Of a DNA stretch of 64,000 bases, positions 13,087 through 24,936 are shown piece by piece. Location of the stretch: assembly GCA_951406725.2 (NCBI GenBank), contig OX597814.1:65100001-65164000 (forward strand), given 5' to 3'. A program made the translations under genes and the position numbers. The DNA is from Octopus vulgaris (Eukaryota). The notes under the pieces are model-generated. The model did not search any database and was not told the DNA's origin. It saw only the letters and a program-made list of their open reading frames with translations. Each line of letters begins with the position of its first letter. Positions within the stretch are counted from its first letter, which is position 1.

Positions 13087-14660
13087 ACTAGCATTATGAC
13101 CCGTCGGTGGCGGGTCATAGTGCTAGTGCATGTATATATGTGTATATATATGTATACATATTACATGTATATCTATATATATACATATACACATAAAATA
13201 CAAAATACAAAGTTATATCTTGATATCGCTAGTGATAACAATACTCAAAATATGTAACAGACTAGAATTGTAGGTCCGTCTCTTGCAATTTCGATCAATT
13301 GTATCTTGTCCTCCCTCTTGTATAGAAGTGTGGCTACAATCCAGCCTACCTCTACTTCTGGGGGGACATTATAAATTTTTATCCGGGACGTCTTACGTAC
13401 CAGATATAAGGGTAAAAATAAAATATTTCCACTTTTCAAGGTTCGAGTCGAGTACTCCCTTGCACGCTCCGTTGACTCGAACCTTGCTTCTATTGTGGCG
13501 AATTTTCCGTCTCTGGTTAGATATCTTTCATAGCCGCACCAAGACACTTTTCGATGGTGCTTTCCTCCAGGTGTTCAAATTTTTTTTTTCTCTACATTGT
13601 ATACATTATAGACAATAGTCTTTTCTTTAATTTAATTTTTTATTTCGTTTGGTGGTGTTATCCCAGATTCATCGTCTTTGTCGGTGATCGATCCGAATTA
13701 GGTTTGTATTTCTTCCATTTTAATTATAATAAGTTCCCGCCCGCCGACGGCTGCAGCGAAATTCATTTTTGGACTTTCTTCTATCGAACGCATTCTAACA
13801 AAAATGCTCCCGTATAAACATTGAAAATATTGTCAATTTCCCCAAACAGGAACGCAATTCAATTTTTAAACAATAACCAAAGCTCCTTCTCCCAAAGGGA
13901 GAGGGTTACAGTTTACAATTATTTAACAAATGCAACACAACAACGTTTCCCTTACGAGGAACCAACAAACGTGATAACAATAGATAAACAGTAATAATAA
14001 TAACAACAAACCCTACGGTGAATCAAAAAGCAGTACGCAGTTGAAGCTATAGTCATTTATGTATAAGAAATAAGCCAACAGCAGTACTCAGTAGAAGCGG
14101 CTTTTCGAGAAAACAGACATTACATACAGCCAAACTTCATATAGATACTTAATGCTAGCTAATTAGCAGATTATCTAATGTAAAAGCCGTAGTAAACGGT
14201 ATGTGCACAGCTCCATCTGGATTATTCCATTTCTGCACACTAATTTTATTTTTAATTTATTCCCATTCATGTGAAACCACTTATTCAAGTTCAAGTCATT
14301 GATGCAATTTTATACCAATTGCTATATTTACTTTTGTTATGTTACGATTATATTATACTTTAGTTTCATTTTAATTATTACTTACTACATATAATTCAAT
14401 TGTTATTATTATCTCTAATTTTTATTGTTAAAGTGAAAGTATCTGACATAAAATAGAGAAATGTTTTTGTTTCACTTTTAACACATAATACTGAAATAGT
14501 GGAGAAGATATGATATTGCTATGGGCTCGCCCTAGGCAAGAAGTTGAACATTAGGTTTTACCGATGACACTCCTCGGACCCTAAGTAAGGCATGTGTAAA
14601 ACTTCAATGAAATTGGTTGTGTAGTTCTCAAGTTTTAGGGAAACACACAGACAGACAGAG
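13087..14660 (+). mobile_element. Helentron/DINE-like element containing a LINE fragment
   Basis: 5' hairpin ACTAGCATTATGACCCGTCGGTGGCGGGTCATAGTGCTAGT; 3' block shared with the 1877-2083 element, ending in CAGA repeats. Confidence 0.5.
13262..13850 (-). pseudogene. LINE (Tx1/L1-like) ORF1 fragment
   Basis: RYLTRDGKFATIEARFESTERAREYSTRTLKSGNILFLPLYLVRKTSRIKIYNVPPEV resembles the RRM region of L1/Tx1 ORF1; similar in character to 27440-28700. Confidence 0.45.
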
Positions 14661-14896
14661 CCCTCCGTCATTTTGTGACCTCTATTAATTTTCTTTTAAC
14701 TTCTAATTGCTAATAAGCCACCCTTTTTAATTTGTTATATGTATATATGAATATATATATTTATATATATATATATACATATATACATATATATATATAT
14801 ACATATATACATATACATATAACAAATTAAAAAGGGTGGCTTATTAGCAATTAGAAGTTAAAAGAAAATTAATAGAGGTCACAAAATGACGGAGGG
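14661..14896. repeat. Perfect ~77-bp inverted repeat flanking a (TA)-rich tract
   Basis: CCCTCCGTCATTTTGTGACCTC...TTTAATTTGTT (14661-14736) and its exact reverse complement (14821-14896). Confidence 0.95.
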
Positions 14897-15310
14897 TTCC
14901 GACTTAAAACAAAAGACAGTCGTTTTGTGGACTCTGAGTTGTTTTAACTCCGAAAGCAAAAGAGGTGCTAGTCAGTATCCTCTGTCAGTTTAATGACTTT
15001 ATTAATTTTCCTTCAGGTTCTAATTGCTAATAAGCCCCGCCCCCTTTAATTTGTTGTTTACTCTTTTGCCGTTTTGAAAATCAGCACATGCTTTCAGATG
15101 TTTTTCTGAAAAGACTGACAGAAGTAGATGAGTTAAATCATAGGCGATAAGAGTCGCTGATGAGGATTAATATGGTCTACATCATGATCCGAAATCACAA
15201 TCCGACTATGTACGCTGGTGACTTACATTTCTTTGTGAGTCATTAAGACAGTACTTTTGTGGCTTTTGAGATGTTTAAATTTATATTTCTTATATTGTGA
15301 CGTCTCTCTC

Positions 15311-15315
<5 letters not shown>
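14821..15315 (+). mobile_element. ORF-less Penelope-like element: inverted partial repeat, direct repeat, hammerhead, between (TA)n tracts
   Basis: 14821-14890 is a diverged reverse complement of 14990-15055; hammerhead at 15152; (TA)n at both ends. Confidence 0.6.
15152..15207 (+). ncRNA. Type I minimal hammerhead ribozyme motif
   Basis: AGTCG-CTGATGA-GGAT(19-nt loop)ATCC-GAAA-T(CACA)A-TC-CGACT. Stems I and II pair perfectly, the core is intact, cleavage triplet AUC. Confidence 0.75.
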
Positions 15316-15354
<39 letters not shown>

Positions 15355-15356
<2 letters not shown>

Positions 15357-15652
15357 AGCAGGAGTGGCTTTGTGGTAAGTAGCTTGCTTACCAACCACAA
15401 GGTTCCAGGTTCAGTCCCACTGTGTGGTACTTTCGGCAAGTATCCATGTATGTATGTATGTATGTATATATGTATGTATAAGTTTCTGTGCCTGTTGTGT
15501 TTACGCCCCCGTAACTTAGCGGTACAATAAGTACGAGGCTTAAAATAAGTACTAGGCTTACAAAGAATAAGTGCTGGGCGTTTTCCTCAACTAAAAGCGA
15601 TGCTCCAGCATGGCCGCACTCAAATGACTGAAAGAGATAACAGAAAAAAGAA
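15355..15652 (+). mobile_element. SINE family A (internally deleted)
   Basis: GGAGTGGCTTTGTGGTAAGTAGCTTGCTTACCAACCAC...GTTCAGTCCCACTG head and CCAGCATGGCCGCA tail. Confidence 0.85.
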
Positions 15653-15789
15653 GTATATGAACGTAAATAGGACCGAACGAATGTATATGCATATATATAT
15701 ATATATATATATGCACGTATACGATGTATATATACACATATACATATATATAGTATACATTTGTTTATATGCATCTCTTTCGATATGAG

Positions 15790-15835
<46 letters not shown>

Positions 15836-15879
15836 AACATACATGCGTATATATATTTATATACATAAGCATAGATACA

Positions 15880-15937
<58 letters not shown>

Positions 15938-16392
15938 CAGACACATATGCACACACGCATATATATATATATATATATGTATATATTTGTATACTTACAT
16001 ACATGCATACACACGTCTATTTGCGTATGTATGTATGAATGTATGTATGTATCTATGTGCGTATTTATCTATGCCAAGATGTATGTATTCACGGAGTAGA
16101 CTACAAACTAAGCACGTACCAAATTTGTAAGTGGCTTCATTATTCGAAAAACCCAGCAAGAGACGTTCGCTGGCACAAAATGTTGGAAGAAGTTGGGAGA
16201 AGTGTAGTGCGTGATGGAAGGAAGAGACGAGTTAGGTATATATCTCAGGAAAGTCATTTATTGACTGAGTGGAGAACACATGTCCTTTACGTGTGTGCGT
16301 GCATACATACATACATACATACATACATACATACATACATACATACATACATACATACATACATACATACATACATACATACATGCATGCAT

Positions 16393-16473
<81 letters not shown>

Positions 16474-17001
16474 AATATACATATAGGCATATATGTTTGT
16501 GTTGTATACATATTTATAATATATGTGAATGCATAAACGTATACATTATTTTTCTTCTGCTCTCAGAATCATTGTACATAACACACACACGCACACACAC
16601 ACACACACACACATACACACACACTTACGCAACCCACTTATATACGATGATACATATGCACACATAGAAAACAATGTGCATATGTATACGTGTATGTTTA
16701 AATATGTCGGACATGTGCGTGGGATAAGAGAAAAGCATATGAGTGCGTTTATGCTTCTGTATAATTTTGTAGTTTCTTATGTATGTATGTATGTTACGCA
16801 TCTTACTATGAGTTTTAAAGCGAAGAGAGCGGAAAGAGAGCAAATGAGAGAGTATTATGGCGGATGGAGGGTGCGTGGAAGTGAATGTGTATGAAGAAGT
16901 GAAATATAAATGACAAGAACAGAAAAAAATAGGAAAGAGAGTTTGTGTGTCTAATGAGCTGCGTATCGATCGACATTTGTGAGCACTCCTATAATGTGTA
17001 C

Positions 17002-17065
<64 letters not shown>

Positions 17066-17964
17066 CATATACACACACATACACAAATATAATCATAGTT
17101 ATGTATGATTATATATATATTTGTATGTGTGTGTGCAAGTTGCTGTCATGATGTTGATGAAATGGTGATGGACATGAAGGAGAAACTGGAACAGGGAATA
17201 CAGAATTGTGCTGTTTTGCCTGTTTTGTTGTTTTTGCTGTACTTGGTTGTACTAGTAGTTGCCGATGCTGCTTGTTAGTATTACATATTGGCTGATATAT
17301 TTTCATCTATTTTCCTTTCTATTTTTATATTTTTTTTAAAAATATACTTCTGTTACGATTATTATTTTGAATATACACGCTATATTTGTTGCAATAGCTT
17401 TGCTTCTTAATGATGTTCACATAGTTCTCTCAATCCATCAAACTAACTGTGTCCCTAGTTAGTTCTCTGTATTCACAATAGTTATTTTTGTACCTATCTA
17501 TGTAGTCATGCATCTATTTATCTATCAAGTAAGCATCGATTTATATCTTCTTATTGGTGTTTATATTTCATATGATGTATCTCCCAATCTTCCAGTACTG
17601 ATTTCTATCTGTGTATGTTTCTCAATCTCTTTCTTCTCTCATGATATGTACTCACACGTTTACATGCATTCCTGTCGTGTCATAGAGTGACCAATAATTT
17701 CGCATCCATAAAGCACTAAGGTATATGGACGATACGTCAGACTCTAATGGCAGTGGACATATAACGTCTCTTCATACCGGAGGTAGAAATCCGTTATGGT
17801 CAGTTAATTAGTAAACATCTGAGGATTAAACAGAACAAGTTATATCTCTTAGACCAGTTCAGTTGGTAGATTTTGTGGACTAAGAGGTGAACAGGGAATC
17901 TCCACCCTTACGCTGTTTCCAGTCTGCGAGGGCTTTTTCTGGTTTTAATCGACGGATGGGGGTT

Positions 17965-18335
17965 CCCATGTCTGTAGCAGATTGCGTTTGTAGTGGGGAC
18001 AGGGACTATAAATATCATACCTAGAATTTAATAGAGGTTGGGTTCAGGGAGTCTTTAAGGATGCTTTTTCCCTCTGCTATGGGAAGCTTTCATCGTACAC
18101 TCCCCTTTATGTAGGACCGCGGCTGTTCTATGATCCTCCATTTAATATCGCATGGGGTTTCTTTATCTTTAATGCACCATATATGGCTGGCTTGGAAAGT
18201 GAAGTACCGTCTTTCCGGAACTATGAAGGAAGACCTGTGGTTGTATAGTCACCTCTTAAATTCGGTTCCGGCTGACCCGATATATCTCCGAACTTGAGCG
18301 CTGGTTGTTTTCACACGTCTGGTATATCTTCCGTT
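17965..18335 (-). pseudogene. Penelope-like element GIY-YIG endonuclease remnant
   Basis: Manual translation: RRYIGSAGTEFKR*LYNHRSSF...ASHIWCIKDKETPCDIKWRII...KGSVR*KL...(frameshift) LNSRYDIYSPCPH, matching the Penelope endonuclease C-terminal pattern YIG..F..R..NH..SF..HIW..W.I..LN.R..C.H. Confidence 0.75.
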
Positions 18336-18569
18336 GCTTCAGGGCTTGGAGTTGTTGTTGTCGCTGCTGTTACTCGAGCTGTCATCGGTACAGTTATTAG
18401 GGAGCGTGGGTCTCACCATATCTCTGGAGTTGTTGTCGTTGCAGAAGTAATCCCTGGCCGTAGTGCTGGTGTTCCTGCTACTGCCGCTGCCGTTTTCGTA
18501 ACAGTACCGATGACCGTTCCAGTAGCAGTAGCGGGAACAACTCCAGGACAGGAACCAAAAGAACATACA

Positions 18570-18715
18570 CCAGAGGTTTGAACTCAACTAGTGCTCAAGT
18601 TCGGATATATATCGGGTCAGCCGGAATTACCTTTAAGAGACGCATATACAACCACAGGTTCTCTTTCAGGGTTCTGGAGAGACGGTGCGTCACGTCCTAA
18701 GCCAGGCATAGGAAA
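18570..18715 (+). pseudogene. Second, inverted copy of the Penelope GIY-YIG remnant
   Basis: SAQVRIYIGSAGITFKRRIYNHRFSFRVLERRCVTS*ARH; diverged reverse complement of 18185-18310. Confidence 0.7.
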
Positions 18716-19118
18716 ATTTTCTTTTGAACGAATCCAGTATAAGAAAGCTTTAAAGCGAAAAGAAAAAAAATCTGATTGGAGCAATAATAGAATAATATAT
18801 AAAACAAATATAGTTAAAACGAAGAGAAGCTAAAAATAGAAATCAAGTTAGACATTCATGCAATAACAAAATATTTTCTATATCTTCCATATTACCTTCG
18901 GTAAAGATAGTATTTCTTTCATTCAGATCTTCAGAGTAATTAATAATTGACTGTCTAATGCATTAATCCTCACAAAGCAATATGATCTGCATAATTTTTT
19001 TTTATTTTCTATAGAGAACAGTTTGTAAAAATCTGATAAGCTTAAAGAATAGTGTTACGAAAACAAATACAATCATATTGAAGTTTAATCTCTTTGGATT
19101 TCTAATGGACCTCTGTGT

Positions 19119-19164
<46 letters not shown>

Positions 19165-19969
19165 CAGTAACCGGTTTCAATCACTTTAAAAATCGATCAA
19201 GTCATGCTGAAATAGAAGGAAAACGGTAATTTAAATAAATTCATCTTTCTTTGTCAGTTCTGGAAGTTGATGTGTTTTTCTTATTAAGATCAGATGGTGC
19301 TACATTCCAATCTCCTTCTGATTGCTACTATGCAGCAGCTAACAGCTGAGGTGGAAGACAGCTTGTACAGCTGTCAATGGCAGTAGCAGGAATGCAGCAG
19401 GAATGCTTCTCCTGTCAATGGTCAAAACCGTTCTCCATCTAACTTTTAGCAATCATTGTGGTGACTTTAGCAAGAGTTGCAGTTGTGTTGGGAGTTATTG
19501 TCTCCTCTCTCTGCCAAATGATTGTAAACGTAGCTGGTATTTCTTTGTTGATGCAATGTCGTTGAGTTATGTTATCGCAACGTTTATAGAGGGGAAAAAT
19601 CATAAAGTTTGTTGAATCTTGTTACCACGCGTTTATATGTGCACTGTGTCGTTTTTAACAGTATTCCAGTATTTTAATTTGTGATCTATGCGGAGTCATG
19701 CGTTTTCATAAATCGTTTCCCAACTGAACCAGCTAATGTTCTCAACATCCTGAGCATGCTACTACAAAATTTAAGTTGTCTGATTCACGAATAAATTAAT
19801 TTATTATTGAAAAGAATTATTCTAGCTTGAAACGGAACTCTGATCTTTGTGTCATACTCCATATATCACAGTTGGTTCTTCCACATTTTTTACTAATTCT
19901 TATCAGCTTAAAATTAGTAATGACGATGATGATGATAATAAATAGAGTACTAGGTTCAAATAATAGCAT

Positions 19970-21570
19970 TCACTGTGGCATTTCCAAGGTGACTTACTTC
20001 CATCTTTAATTGTTTTTGCAAAAGCTGTAATGCCCTTTACAAGTGAATTTAACAGAACAGGTTATGGTTATAAAACTGACAGCAAGAAAATAAGCTTTTT
20101 TGTATAGATGACTTAAAAATCTATGGTGAAGACCATGAGGTGCCTGAAGGCCTATTAGGTACTGTGAAAGTATTCAGTGATGACAGCTGGATGGAGTGTG
20201 GTCTTGATACGTGTGCGAAGATCATTTTTAAGAAAGAGAGACTTGATAACCTGAAATTCAGTCGTGTTAGTTGTTGAAAAAGTTATAAAGGAACAAATCA
20301 ATAAATAACTAGGAATAAGTAAAGGCTCTGGTAGGATACCAAGAAGGTTTGCTATAGGAGAATACAAGCACTTCTGCAATCTGAGCTAAAGGCACATAAC
20401 AAGGAGATTGCCATAAATTCCTTAGCAGTTGTAGTTGTTACTTATAGCTTCAATATGTTGAACCGGAATATCATTGAAATAACGAAAGTTGTTAGCAAAA
20501 TTCAGCTACTGGCTTAGAATAAGACGCACTACTCAAAGGCAGACGTGAATTGCTTTTACCTTTCCAGTGGTTTGGTCCAATTAGAAATTTCTTACAAATC
20601 TACCACGACTGGGCTGGTCAGATAACTTAAAACAACTAACAACCGGATTATGAGATTAAGAAGCCTCATTTCATTATAAATGAGAGGAAAAAAAATTGCT
20701 GTTGACTTCAAGAATTATACCCAATCTGAAAAATCTGTGGAAAGTGTCGCAACAGTTGTTGTTAAGAAAGAAAAATTTACGGCGAAGTAAAACACGCAAG
20801 AAAAATTGTCTGGCTGCTGGATGAGAGCAGAAACCTCTGCATGTATGCAGCTTGTATTAAACAAACTGGTGTTGCTGAGAAGCCCACCTATTAGCCACTT
20901 CGAAGCTCAGCACTAAAGGTAGAAGGCGAAAACTTCATCTTAGCTGCTCATGCTCAATGCTAATAGTTATGGAACTCCCAAGTCAACGTAATGAAAAATA
21001 GAGCAGATCCAAAGTGTTGATCCTGCAGTGATGAGATTGAATCAGTGAACCACTTAATTTCAGGATGTAAAATTTTAGTACCAGTAGAGCATGAATTAAG
21101 ACATGATAGAGTTGGCCAGTATCTACATTGGTTAATATACCAGCATTATAAAATCAAATCTGTACGTGTGATATAAGCATCACCATGAGATTGTAACTAA
21201 GGGAGAAAACTCAACAATTCGTAGCAACTTACCAGGACATACATACATAACTATCAAGACTAATAAAACGAAGTTGTTATACAAGACCAAAATATTAAAG
21301 TCGGCTCATTGATCGACATGAGTATCCCTTGTGATGATAATATTTCGGAGAAAGAATGTGACAAGCTCAGAAAATATTAAGATTTGTTCATTGGTATCGA
21401 GAAATGTGGCATTTCAAGACGGATACAATACTAATGGTTGTAGGAGCTCTAGGAATAATCAAGAAAAAAAACTGGAAATTATTTGAGAATGATTCCTGAC
21501 TTATCATACCCGCAAGAGGAGCAAATGATTGTTTCAACTAGTGCGACAAACGTATTGAAAACATAGTCGA
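19970..21570 (+). mobile_element. Decayed R4/Dong-like non-LTR retrotransposon (RT, zinc knuckle, restriction-like endonuclease)
   Basis: Fragmented motifs GISKVT/(GIFQGD-like), Y.DDLK.YG, AINSLAV.VVTYSF, DPKC..C...ESVNHLISGC, RHDRVGQYLHW, LIDMSIP.DDNI, VVGALGII, with many stops and frameshifts. Confidence 0.8.
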
Positions 21571-21688
21571 CATGAGAATGACTACCTTCCCTGTAAATGG
21601 TCTTTGTTCAACATAAGTTTATTTGACTTTTGTAAATAAACGATCCAGTGTTTTCTTGTTAAGGGCCTAGCATTATATATCCATATAT

Positions 21689-21747
<59 letters not shown>

Positions 21748-21799
21748 TTATAAGTAAATGAAAGAATGGAGTTGAACGACTAGTTAACAAATATCCTTT

Positions 21800-21884
21800 A
21801 TTCTCGACATATGTTTCGAAGGCTGCATATTCCTAATTCCGAAGGAATAAGGAGTACATTATGCAGATTTCTCATCAGGAAAAT
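21800..21884 (-). ncRNA. Type I hammerhead ribozyme motif (left arm)
   Basis: ATTTTC-CTGATGA-G...C-GAAA-C(ATAT)G-TC-GAGAAT. Stem I is 6 bp, stem II is long (CTGCATA/TATGCAG), stem III palindrome ACATATGT, GUC site. Confidence 0.75.
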
Positions 21885-21970
21885 CAAGGAACTTATGTCG
21901 ACCATGGGCTCCTTGGGAGCGGTCAGCTAAAAGTTTTTTTGTGCATTTTGAGGTCGACATAAGTTCCTTG

Positions 21971-22055
21971 ATTTTTCTGATGAGAAATCTGCATAATGTA
22001 CTCCTTATTCCTTCGGAATTAGGAATATGCAGCCTTCGAAACATATGTCGAGAAT
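21971..22055 (+). ncRNA. Type I hammerhead ribozyme motif (right arm)
   Basis: ATTTTT-CTGATGA-G...C-GAAA-CATATG-TC-GAGAAT; predicted cleavage after C22049. Confidence 0.75.
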
Positions 22056-22256
22056 AATGGATATTTGTTAACTAGTCGTTCAACTCCATTCTTTCATTTA
22101 CTTATAATTTTAAAATAAACATACAAATTTCCGCACGAAGACACGTAGTCTATGCCCTAGGGACGTAGCTTCAACCATGTTCTTTCTGATGTGAATTTGC
22201 TACCCAGGTATCGGTTATCTTTCGAATTATCCTTAATAAGATAATTCATTCAATTA

Positions 22257-22398
<142 letters not shown>

Positions 22399-24058
22399 TG
22401 TGTGTATGCGTGTGTGCGTGCGTGTGTGCACGCACGTGTAGATTTTGTAGGTACCAATAGAAAAAAAAATTTGTATTGTAAATTTTGCACCGTCAAACTT
22501 CCTCTACGCTTCCCCATGGACGTACACTGCAAATTTGGACATCAATATTACAATTGTATTTCAGCATTAGAACATAAAAACCAGTTTGAATCTATTCCAA
22601 GAAATCTTTTTAAGCGCGAGAGAAATAAAAGATTCGACAGTAGTATGATTAGAAAGATTGAAAAAAAAGTTATTCCAACCTAGATTGCTCATTATATATG
22701 ATCATGGAAATGTATCAAACAAACGAGAGTCTAAAGTATATATGTGATCTTTAGAACCTTTTCTTTGCTTAAGATGTAGTAAAGTAGGTAGAGACTTCGT
22801 TAAAATCGCTGTGTTCAACTGGAGAGACTCCAACTATTTTGCCCCCCAATTAGGTTTGTCAAATAAATTTACAGCAAAAGATAAGAATCGTGTCACTTAT
22901 TTGTTTGATTATTCGTTCATGCCTTGTCTTAAAATATATCACAAATGGCCTTCTAGAATATTCAAGGAACATTCTGAACATTAAAACACATGAACACAGA
23001 AATATTTATATAGATGTACACGTAAATACTCACACACATGCATACACACAAACATACACGCACACACACACACACACACACACATACATATATGGTGGTT
23101 GTCGACTCCTTATGTAGAGTTTGTCCACCACCCCTGCCTATACCTCAGAGCCATAATGGCATCTGGTGTGGCTTTTTAAACCAGACAATGTTCTGAAAAG
23201 ACACCCACATAGGTTGGACCTCTGATTTGGATCACCAAATTAAAAATAGAATGTACCACATGGGCGAAAATATATAGAGAAAAGGATTTGAAAATGCAGA
23301 GGTCTTTTAAAGATGTCTATTGACTTGATCGGTTTCACTTTTTTTAAATGCTTTCAAATTTAAAGTACAAGGCTTTCTGTAGTACATGTGGTGTTAAAAA
23401 TTAGTTAAAACAGATACGGTGATAGAGATTTTGACCTTGATAAGTAAATATAAAATAATAGAATCTTTGACAATGATAAGAAAACGTTAAGGGAAGCTCT
23501 GTGTTTAAACAGTTTACAAAATAGTATTCAAAATAGGTCGTAAAATACGTTCATAAATGTTTATAGGTTCATCAGAAATCATAATTGCTTATAAAGTTTT
23601 AGAGGAATGACCAACCTCTTTTTCTTATTCTCCAGTCTTGTATATGTGTTTTGCAATATAATTATTGTTAGTGAGGTTTTTTTGAGGAGAGAGATTCCTC
23701 TTTAGAGGAATGTCAGCATCCAAGCGTGCTCCGGCTTTATCGTATATATCGATGAACTTTCTGGAATCCTTCCTTTACGTGGTAGAATTAGTGGTTATCA
23801 TTTATTAGGCACCAGCATTATACACATTTTGGAGTTCCACTATTTTGTATAGATGTTTACTTCTCATCGAAATATTTACGTCAACTCAAAAATAATGCAA
23901 TTTTTTCAAGTGCATGAACTAAAAGTCGGAGCAGAACGGGGTAAACTACTTGAATCAACTTGCTATAAAAACAGGTAATAATTTTAGCATGTACATGTTG
24001 TTTGAGAAAGTTTTGAAGAATGCAGTTCGATTTTAACAGTTATTTTTTCAAAGCTATA

Positions 24059-24816
24059 ATGGAATTGACAAAGGAGTATATTCGGCATATTTTGCATTAT
24101 GTGTTCAATAAAGGCAACAACACAAGGGATAGTGCGAGGAATATTAATACAATATATGGATATCGGACAATAGAAAACGCGCCTTTTTTAAAGCAAATAA
24201 TGACAGGTGGTGAGAAATGGATTATATACCAAAATGTTCAGAGAAAGCGATCCTGGAGTAAGCGACATGAGCCACCCCTAGCCACCCCAAACGTCTTGCT
24301 TTGTGTATGGTGGGATTGGAAAGGAATTCTGTACTATGAGCTTCTCTCAAGTAACCACACAATTAATTCTGAGAAATGCTGCACACTGGACGAGTTAAAA
24401 TCAGCAATTAAAGAGAAACGTCCAGAATTGGCCAACAGGAAGGGCGTTGTTTTCCAATGCAAGACCGCACGTTTCTTTGGGAACCAGACAAAAATTGCTG
24501 CAGCTCGGCTGGGATGTGTTACCCCACCCTCCATATTCACCAGGTATTGCTCTTTCGGATTTCCACTTATTCAGGTATCTGCAGAATAGTCTTAGTGGTA
24601 AAAATTTCAATTACTCGGATGAGATTAAAAGATACCTTGATGAATTATTTGCAACGAAACCATCTCATTTCTGGGAAGAGGGTATTTTCAAGTTAAAGGA
24701 AAGATGGAGACCCATTGTGCAACAAACTGGTTCATATTTGGTTGATTAAAAATGGAATGGCAATTATTTATTGACCTTTTTCTTTCCTTTAAAAATCGGC
24801 ATGAACTTTCCGGACA

Positions 24817-24822
<6 letters not shown>
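24059..24822 (+). mobile_element. Internally deleted mariner transposon (DD34D transposase pseudogene)
   Basis: MELTKEYIRHILHY...MTGGEKWI...LLCVWWDWKGILYYELL...NARPH...LPHPPYSPGIALSDFHLFRYLQN; right TIR ...GAACTTTCCGGACAACCC followed by TA; left TIR not found. Confidence 0.9.
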
Positions 24823-24857
<35 letters not shown>

Positions 24858-24871
24858 ACACACCTATATAC

Positions 24872-24936
<65 letters not shown>

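Noticed and set aside
23120-23850. Possible LINE or host exon in non-repetitive sequence
   Set aside because: No convincing motif in any frame I tried.
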